A DNA stretch of 38,411 bases from a virus. Taxonomy: Duplodnaviria > Caudoviricetes. Positions 33,332-38,411 of this stretch are shown here, in pieces. Position numbers and translations under genes: made by a program. Within the stretch, counting starts at the first letter, position 1; every line of letters starts with the position of its first letter. The DNA lies in IMG/VR virus record IMGVR_UViG_3300044476_000029, positions 1 to 38,411 of that record; one strand, given 5' to 3'. The notes beneath the pieces were generated by a model. It did no database searches and had not been told where the DNA came from. It saw nothing but the letters and a program-made list of their open reading frames with translations.

Positions 33332-35346
33332 TGCCCGTAAAGAATCTGTTGAACAAGGTCAGTGAATCTGGGTACGGTGGACTGTCAGAGGCGGAGTTTG
33401 ATACGCTGAAGCAGTTCACTACCGCCAACCCACAGTACAAGCCGCTGTTCAATAAGGTGTCTGACAGTGGTTTTAGTGCTCTATCCGACAAGGAGTTCGA
33501 GAGTCTGAAGGGCATTCCCACCACTGCGCCAGCACCTGCTCAGGAGCGCCCTCTTGAAGATCGTGTGCGTATCACTAATAAGGGTCCACTGGACGTAGCA
33601 AGTGACATCTATGGTGATGTGCGGGGCGGTATGTCTGTGCTTGCATCGCCTGTTGTAGGTGCCTGGAACACACTCACAGGATCGAAAGGGAGCTTGAATG
33701 ACCTGTCTTGGCAGAAGTACAAGGATAATGTAGCTGCTGCTATAGACCAGGGGCATGAGGGAAGGGGCGTTCCGGGGCTTATTGCTGATCCTATGAACGT
33801 TCTAGGTGGTCCATTAGTTCGCGGTGCTACTGCTCCGTTTGTTCGGCTAGCTCAGACATCGCGTGTGGCACCGCTCGTATCAAGAGCTGCCCGCCTAGCA
33901 GAGACTCCTGTTGTAGGCGTGCCTCTTCGTGGTTTTGCGCGGGGTGCTGCACATGGTGCTGTTGTAGGCGGTGCCTCATCACTCGACCCTACTGTAGACT
34001 ATAACTTTGCACAAGGTGCTCTTGGTGGTGGCCTGTTTGGCGGTGCTCTTGGTGCTAGCGGTGAACTACTGCAATCCAGCGCAAAGGCTAACTTCCCGGG
34101 CCTTAACCTCAATCGGCCTAACCGTAACGTGCCACTGGAGACGCGCCAATACGTTGCAGATAACCTAGACGAGATCCTGCAACCTAAGAAGTTGACAGAG
34201 TGGTGGCCCGCTAATACGGCTGCTTTAGAAGCACGAGCTGAGGCCCGACTAGACCAGATGAGCGGCAAGTATGAGGCAGGACTCCAAGCTCTTGATGCAG
34301 CTCACCCTAACCTTACAATTGATCTACGAAACGTAGAGAAGTCCGCTAATCGACAGGCAGTAGCAGATCTGTCTAACTTCGACACACCTTATCTCGATTA
34401 CAGACCCGATATCGCGGCTGGCTTTGCCTTACCCTCGACTAGCTCCGAGCTTATTAGTCAGGTGTACGGTGGTATGCGCGGCTCAAAGATGGCTCAGCTC
34501 CGTAAGGGCATGACTGGCCCAGAGCGAGTAAATGGCGAGTTTGTGATGGGAAACATTGACCCGCTAGCTCGCGTAAAGAGCATCAATCAGGAGCTTAATC
34601 TAAACCAGAGGGCGCATCCCGTGCTATCGGGCCATGCACCAGCTAGCATAGAGGCTAGACGGTTCCAGCCGCTAATGAGCAAACTTGCTGACGATCCTAC
34701 AAGTATTGGCCGTATTATCCGCGCTGAGAACCAAGCTGTGCAGGATGCTACAGCCGCAGCACGCACCTATATACCTAGCATAAGAGGCACTGCCCCGTTT
34801 ACGCATAACCTGCGCGAGCGTGCATTTGCTCAAGGTGTAGGTGTAGGTGAGCTGAAGGCCATGGAGACAGCAATCAACGAAGAGATGGCTAATAGGGTTA
34901 CTCCCAAGGAGCTATCATTGATGCGTTCTGCTGCTACTAGGCCGGAGTATTACAGAGACCCCTCGGGGCAGGTGCAGGATATCAAGAAGATTACGGGACT
35001 GTCGGCTAGGGATGCTGCTAATCAAGTGCTTGAGTCCTACCCAGAATACTCGAAGGCTCTTGGACTTGAGAAGAGAGCACCGAAGGGGAAGGTAATCTCA
35101 CAAGGCAATGTTAAGGAACAGTTTGCACTTGATAAGGGATTGCTCAATGTGCTTGCGCATCCAGGTAGGACTGGTCTACAGCACCGACTGAACCTTGGAT
35201 TCACCAATCCTGCCGTAGAGCATACTTCTGTGCAGAGTGCCAAGTACCTTGCAGGTGAGTTGATGAAGCGTGGGCTCATCAGCGTACCTACGGCAGTAGG
35301 TGGTGCTAGGCTGCTCTTCGGTGTACCTAGCAGAGATGAGCAGTAA
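33331..35346 (+). CDS. DNA ejection protein (gp16 position)
   Basis: 671 aa with G-rich hydrophobic stretches (GALGGGLFGGALGA) and an N-terminal 22-aa repeat. Confidence 0.6.
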   Translation: MPVKNLLNKVSESGYGGLSEAEFDTLKQFTTANPQYKPLFNKVSDSGFSALSDKEFESLKGIPTTAPAPAQERPLEDRVRITNKGPLDVASDIYGDVRGGMSVLASPVVGAWNTLTGSKGSLNDLSWQKYKDNVAAAIDQGHEGRGVPGLIADPMNVLGGPLVRGATAPFVRLAQTSRVAPLVSRAARLAETPVVGVPLRGFARGAAHGAVVGGASSLDPTVDYNFAQGALGGGLFGGALGASGELLQSSAKANFPGLNLNRPNRNVPLETRQYVADNLDEILQPKKLTEWWPANTAALEARAEARLDQMSGKYEAGLQALDAAHPNLTIDLRNVEKSANRQAVADLSNFDTPYLDYRPDIAAGFALPSTSSELISQVYGGMRGSKMAQLRKGMTGPERVNGEFVMGNIDPLARVKSINQELNLNQRAHPVLSGHAPASIEARRFQPLMSKLADDPTSIGRIIRAENQAVQDATAAARTYIPSIRGTAPFTHNLRERAFAQGVGVGELKAMETAINEEMANRVTPKELSLMRSAATRPEYYRDPSGQVQDIKKITGLSARDAANQVLESYPEYSKALGLEKRAPKGKVISQGNVKEQFALDKGLLNVLAHPGRTGLQHRLNLGFTNPAVEHTSVQSAKYLAGELMKRGLISVPTAVGGARLLFGVPSRDEQ

Positions 35347-35354
35347 GCAGCAGG

Positions 35355-35570
35355 TTAGTGCATCGCTAGTTTTACGACACAGTAGACGAAAGCGAGTGCT
35401 CCGGGTACAAGAATAAGCAGGCAGAGCGCGAGCAGCAGGTTGGATGTAACATCCCGCTCTGCCTTCTCGCGCTCTTTATCCGCAAGGTACTCCTCCTGAG
35501 AGGGACCGTTATCGAGTGCAGCATATGCTCTGTATGAGGAGTCAAGTACGGTGTAAGGCTGATTGCTCAT
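35355..35570 (-). CDS. Small membrane protein (71 aa), superinfection-exclusion candidate
   Basis: C-terminal hydrophobic segment LLLALCLLILVPGALAFVYCVV. TGATG-coupled to the upstream gene. Confidence 0.55.
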   Translation of the reverse strand: MSNQPYTVLDSSYRAYAALDNGPSQEEYLADKEREKAERDVTSNLLLALCLLILVPGALAFVYCVVKLAMH

Positions 35571-35761
35571 CAGATGCCTGCCTTTGCCTGTGCTACGAGT
35601 TCTGGGTCAATGAGCGACTGCTGCCATGAGGACATGTTACGGATGCGCTGGAAGTTCTTCTCACGGGCAATCCGCTCCTGGAGCAGCCTACGAGCAGCCT
35701 CTTCCCGTTGCAGCCTTGCAACGATGGCTTCCATGTCGTCCGGATCGTGTGTGTTGCTCAT
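35570..35761 (-). CDS. Small hypothetical protein (63 aa), leaderless
   Basis: ATG lies 6 nt after a sigma70-type -10 box. Confidence 0.6.
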   Translation of the reverse strand: MSNTHDPDDMEAIVARLQREEAARRLLQERIAREKNFQRIRNMSSWQQSLIDPELVAQAKAGI

Positions 35762-35796
35762 GTCTTAACAATACAGCAATTTTGTGAGGATGTCAA
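35759..35796 (-). promoter_or_regulatory. Sigma70-type promoter giving a leaderless mRNA
   Basis: TTGACA (35796-35791), 17 nt, TATTGT (35773-35768), 6 nt, ATG (35761). Confidence 0.72.
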
Positions 35797-35820
35797 GAGC
35801 ATCCTTGGATTTAGCAAGAA

Positions 35821-35837
35821 TCTAAATCATCAGCATG
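35821..35837 (+). promoter_or_regulatory. Putative late promoter (tCTAAAT-7nt-ATG)
   Basis: CTAAAT 35822-35827, ATG 35835. Confidence 0.75.
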
Positions 35838-38204
35838 AGTGGACTAATGCCTGCATATCTTCTTCGCGAGTGGACCAATGACGGCAAGCTAGCCTCTGGT
35901 GGTACTCTGTCATTTTACATCAGCGGCACAACAACGCCCAAGACAGTGTACGCTGATGCTGCTCTGACCATCCCGCTACCCAATCCTGTTGTGCTCTCGG
36001 CCAGCGGATCTGCGGTCATATTCTTAGGTGCGGGTGCATACCGTATCCATCTGAAGGACAGCACAGGTGCTCAGATTGCACCACCTGTGGATGGTATCCT
36101 TGGTGATAATGGTGGGGCAGCAGAAGGTAGCAATCTATCCTACGCCTTTGTCAAGCTGTACAACGACTTGCGGACACTGACATCTGTACCGGATGTTGTC
36201 TACGTGTCTGGTCGGCTAGTAGAGGGAGATGGCGGACAGGGTCTGTTCCAGCTTTTGACCACAGGCACAGGTGGTCTTGTTGATGATGATGGCATTATCC
36301 TTACATCTGCCTCCGGTACTCACGTATACAAGCGTATCTTTGATGGGTACGTGGACCCACAGTGGTATGGACTCTCCTATGGTGTAGCTAGCAACCAGTC
36401 CGTATATCTGCTCAAGGCACTAGCGGCATCCATCCAGTACAACTTCCCAGTGCTGGTAGCTGGTAGCGTATACCTTGCGCAGAACGTCACAGTACCAGCA
36501 CATGCTAGTCTGACATTCACAGACGATGGGTTCCTTGTTGCCGCCACAAGCATCAATGTGACTTTTGCTGACGACTCCAAGCTAGTTTGCTCGGGGCGCA
36601 CGTTTGGAACATACATCCACCCGCTAATCGGTAAGCGTGTCATTGATACGATTAAGCTGAGCTATATGGGTGACACATCAGCAGACGCTCGTATGGATAA
36701 GCTCCTACTGGCATCACCGTCACCCGATCAGCCCATTGAGATTGATGAGAGTGTCAGCATCCTAGCGAGCACTTGGATCGTGCCTAACATACTCCGTTTT
36801 ACGAACTCCGCAGTTGTGACTTTCACGGGTACGGCTGGGCTGGTTTGGGTTAGCAAGTACCTTGAGGTACAGGCTATTAAGTTGTTCCAGATCAACTCGA
36901 CATCATCCAATACATTTGATTTTGGCGATAGCTACGCCTACCCAGAGATGTTTGGAGCTATTGGTAATGGTGTAGCTGATGACAGTGCTATCCTAGCACT
37001 CACGCTCAATGCAGCTAAGCGCGTCCGGTTGGTTGATAATAAGACATACCTGTGTGCCAGCAACATATCATTCGCTGACGCACAGATCAAGGGTGCAGGC
37101 ACAATCTTGCTCCCATCGACCGTGACACTTACCTGCTCGTCGCTGGAGCTTGATGGCGTAACTGTATCTGCGCTTGGTCGTGTGACGCTCGCCAACACAG
37201 CCACTGTTACTGGGTACGTTAGTCTCGGTGATTGGACACTTAGTACATCAGCACCTTTGCTGACATGGTACGAGGTGTACGACCCATCCGGTGAGGTAAG
37301 ATACGGATCTGCCAAGCAACAGACGATTGTTGCCAATAAGTTCAGCGCAGGGTCAAATGATGTGCTTGCTGTTGGTCGTGTCGTAGTGCTTCCGGGTAAT
37401 GTGACTCTTGGTGCTCCTTGGGTCATTGCTGATGTTCTTGTGACCAACAATGCGGCTATCACGGATCTGTATACAGCAGGCAGTGCATACATCAACAGCA
37501 CCACGATTACCAATCGCGCTCTTGGATCTGCTTATGTTACGCCAGCCCTTATTGATGCCAGTATACCAGATGCTATCTGGGCAGGCGCTATCGGTACAGG
37601 TGCTCGTGGTGAGATTATACCTGTTGACTACGCTATCGAACCCCTAGCACCAACAACAGACTACACGTACAGTATCGGTGGACTGTCGTTCTACCCTAAC
37701 GCGCCTACCATTGATGACTTTACTGCATCTATTGTCCCGATTACCCGTAATATGTCCAACATACGGTGGACTCTGTCCATGTCCGGTGCTGTTATACCGC
37801 TGCTGTCTAACGTCCCAGCAACTATCACCATTACGGCTGTATCTGATAGATTCAAGCGCATCCTTGGGTTGTCTACAACTAGGTACCTGTATAATAGGTA
37901 TGTTGGCAGGACATTGGATATCGGCAATGCGGCTGATGCTATTGCAACATCCTATACTGTTAACCCACCATACCTAGTGTCGTGTGCCTTCACCTCGCCT
38001 TATGTGCTCACATTCAAGTTCTATGATAAGAACCTAGGAAATAGAGGCCCCAGTCCTGCCTTCACAGGTAATACGCCTAACCCTGAGATGGGTTGGATCG
38101 ACATCTTCGCGGAGTGGTTGCCACCAAACTCGGGAACGATCCAGAATATGCGCTACGTGTTCGGGACGGAAGGTAATATCTACAACAACGGGCCTGCTGT
38201 ATAA
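35835..38204 (+). CDS. Tailspike with P22-type head-binding N-terminus and beta-helix-like region
   Basis: DGKLASGGTLSFYISGTTTPKTVYAD...NPVVLSASG head-binding pattern, then GDGGQGLF, DDDGIIL, VDPQWYG and YPEMFGAIGNGVADDSA (pectate-lyase-3-like cap). Confidence 0.75.
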   Translation: MSGLMPAYLLREWTNDGKLASGGTLSFYISGTTTPKTVYADAALTIPLPNPVVLSASGSAVIFLGAGAYRIHLKDSTGAQIAPPVDGILGDNGGAAEGSNLSYAFVKLYNDLRTLTSVPDVVYVSGRLVEGDGGQGLFQLLTTGTGGLVDDDGIILTSASGTHVYKRIFDGYVDPQWYGLSYGVASNQSVYLLKALAASIQYNFPVLVAGSVYLAQNVTVPAHASLTFTDDGFLVAATSINVTFADDSKLVCSGRTFGTYIHPLIGKRVIDTIKLSYMGDTSADARMDKLLLASPSPDQPIEIDESVSILASTWIVPNILRFTNSAVVTFTGTAGLVWVSKYLEVQAIKLFQINSTSSNTFDFGDSYAYPEMFGAIGNGVADDSAILALTLNAAKRVRLVDNKTYLCASNISFADAQIKGAGTILLPSTVTLTCSSLELDGVTVSALGRVTLANTATVTGYVSLGDWTLSTSAPLLTWYEVYDPSGEVRYGSAKQQTIVANKFSAGSNDVLAVGRVVVLPGNVTLGAPWVIADVLVTNNAAITDLYTAGSAYINSTTITNRALGSAYVTPALIDASIPDAIWAGAIGTGARGEIIPVDYAIEPLAPTTDYTYSIGGLSFYPNAPTIDDFTASIVPITRNMSNIRWTLSMSGAVIPLLSNVPATITITAVSDRFKRILGLSTTRYLYNRYVGRTLDIGNAADAIATSYTVNPPYLVSCAFTSPYVLTFKFYDKNLGNRGPSPAFTGNTPNPEMGWIDIFAEWLPPNSGTIQNMRYVFGTEGNIYNNGPAV

Positions 38205-38215
38205 AGTGGCAGTTA

Positions 38216-38232
38216 TCTAAATCCACCACATG
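38216..38232 (+). promoter_or_regulatory. Putative late promoter (tCTAAAT-7nt-ATG)
   Basis: CTAAAT 38217-38222, ATG 38230. Confidence 0.75.
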
Positions 38233-38411
38233 AGCAACATGACGCTACCGTGGTTCCTGCAACGCTTTACCTACCCGGACGGAAGACCTCTCTCCGGAGG
38301 TAAGGTGTACTTTTATGTGGGTGGTAGCACTAACCTGCCCAAGAACGTCTATACCGATCACATCAATACTCTGCCCATTACTCAGCCGTTGATCTTGGAC
38401 AGTGCTGGTGT
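38230..38411 (+). CDS. Second tailspike/fibre with head-binding domain, 3'-truncated (not in ORF track)
   Basis: MSNMTLPWFLQRFTYPDGRPLSGGKVYFYVGGSTNLPKNVYTDHINTLPITQPLILDSAG is paralogous to the N-terminus of 35835-38204. Open to the window end. Confidence 0.75.
   Translation, partial: MSNMTLPWFLQRFTYPDGRPLSGGKVYFYVGGSTNLPKNVYTDHINTLPITQPLILDSAG

Overview
This window is most of a tailed dsDNA phage genome, linearised inside the tail region; both ends cut through ORFs. The virion module is P22-like (podovirus): TerS, TerL, long-barrel portal, scaffold, coat, gp4-like adaptor, gp10-like hub, three ejection proteins and two head-binding-domain tailspikes. It also carries a 1560-aa tail fibre, a lysis cassette, a minus-strand early/replication arm (SF3 helicase, AEP primase, Tad2/DUF2829, OGFr-like protein) and three free-standing endonucleases. 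I see no integrase, repressor, DNA polymerase, tRNA or CRISPR array. The main finding is a late transcription system. A T4 gp55-like sigma factor (19882-20346) co-occurs with 11 copies of WCTAAAT. Ten lie 6-7 nt upstream of an ATG with no Shine-Dalgarno and an R-Y-A start context, consistent with leaderless late mRNAs. Many of these sites sit in the 3' arm of G:U-containing hairpins, one drives a 6-codon minigene coupled to an ejection gene, and only the coat gene has a long structured leader. A second candidate system is an ART-PolyVal ADP-ribosyltransferase with an ejection-protein-like N-terminus, convergent with an OGFr-domain gene. All family calls are by-eye motif recognition; no searches were run.
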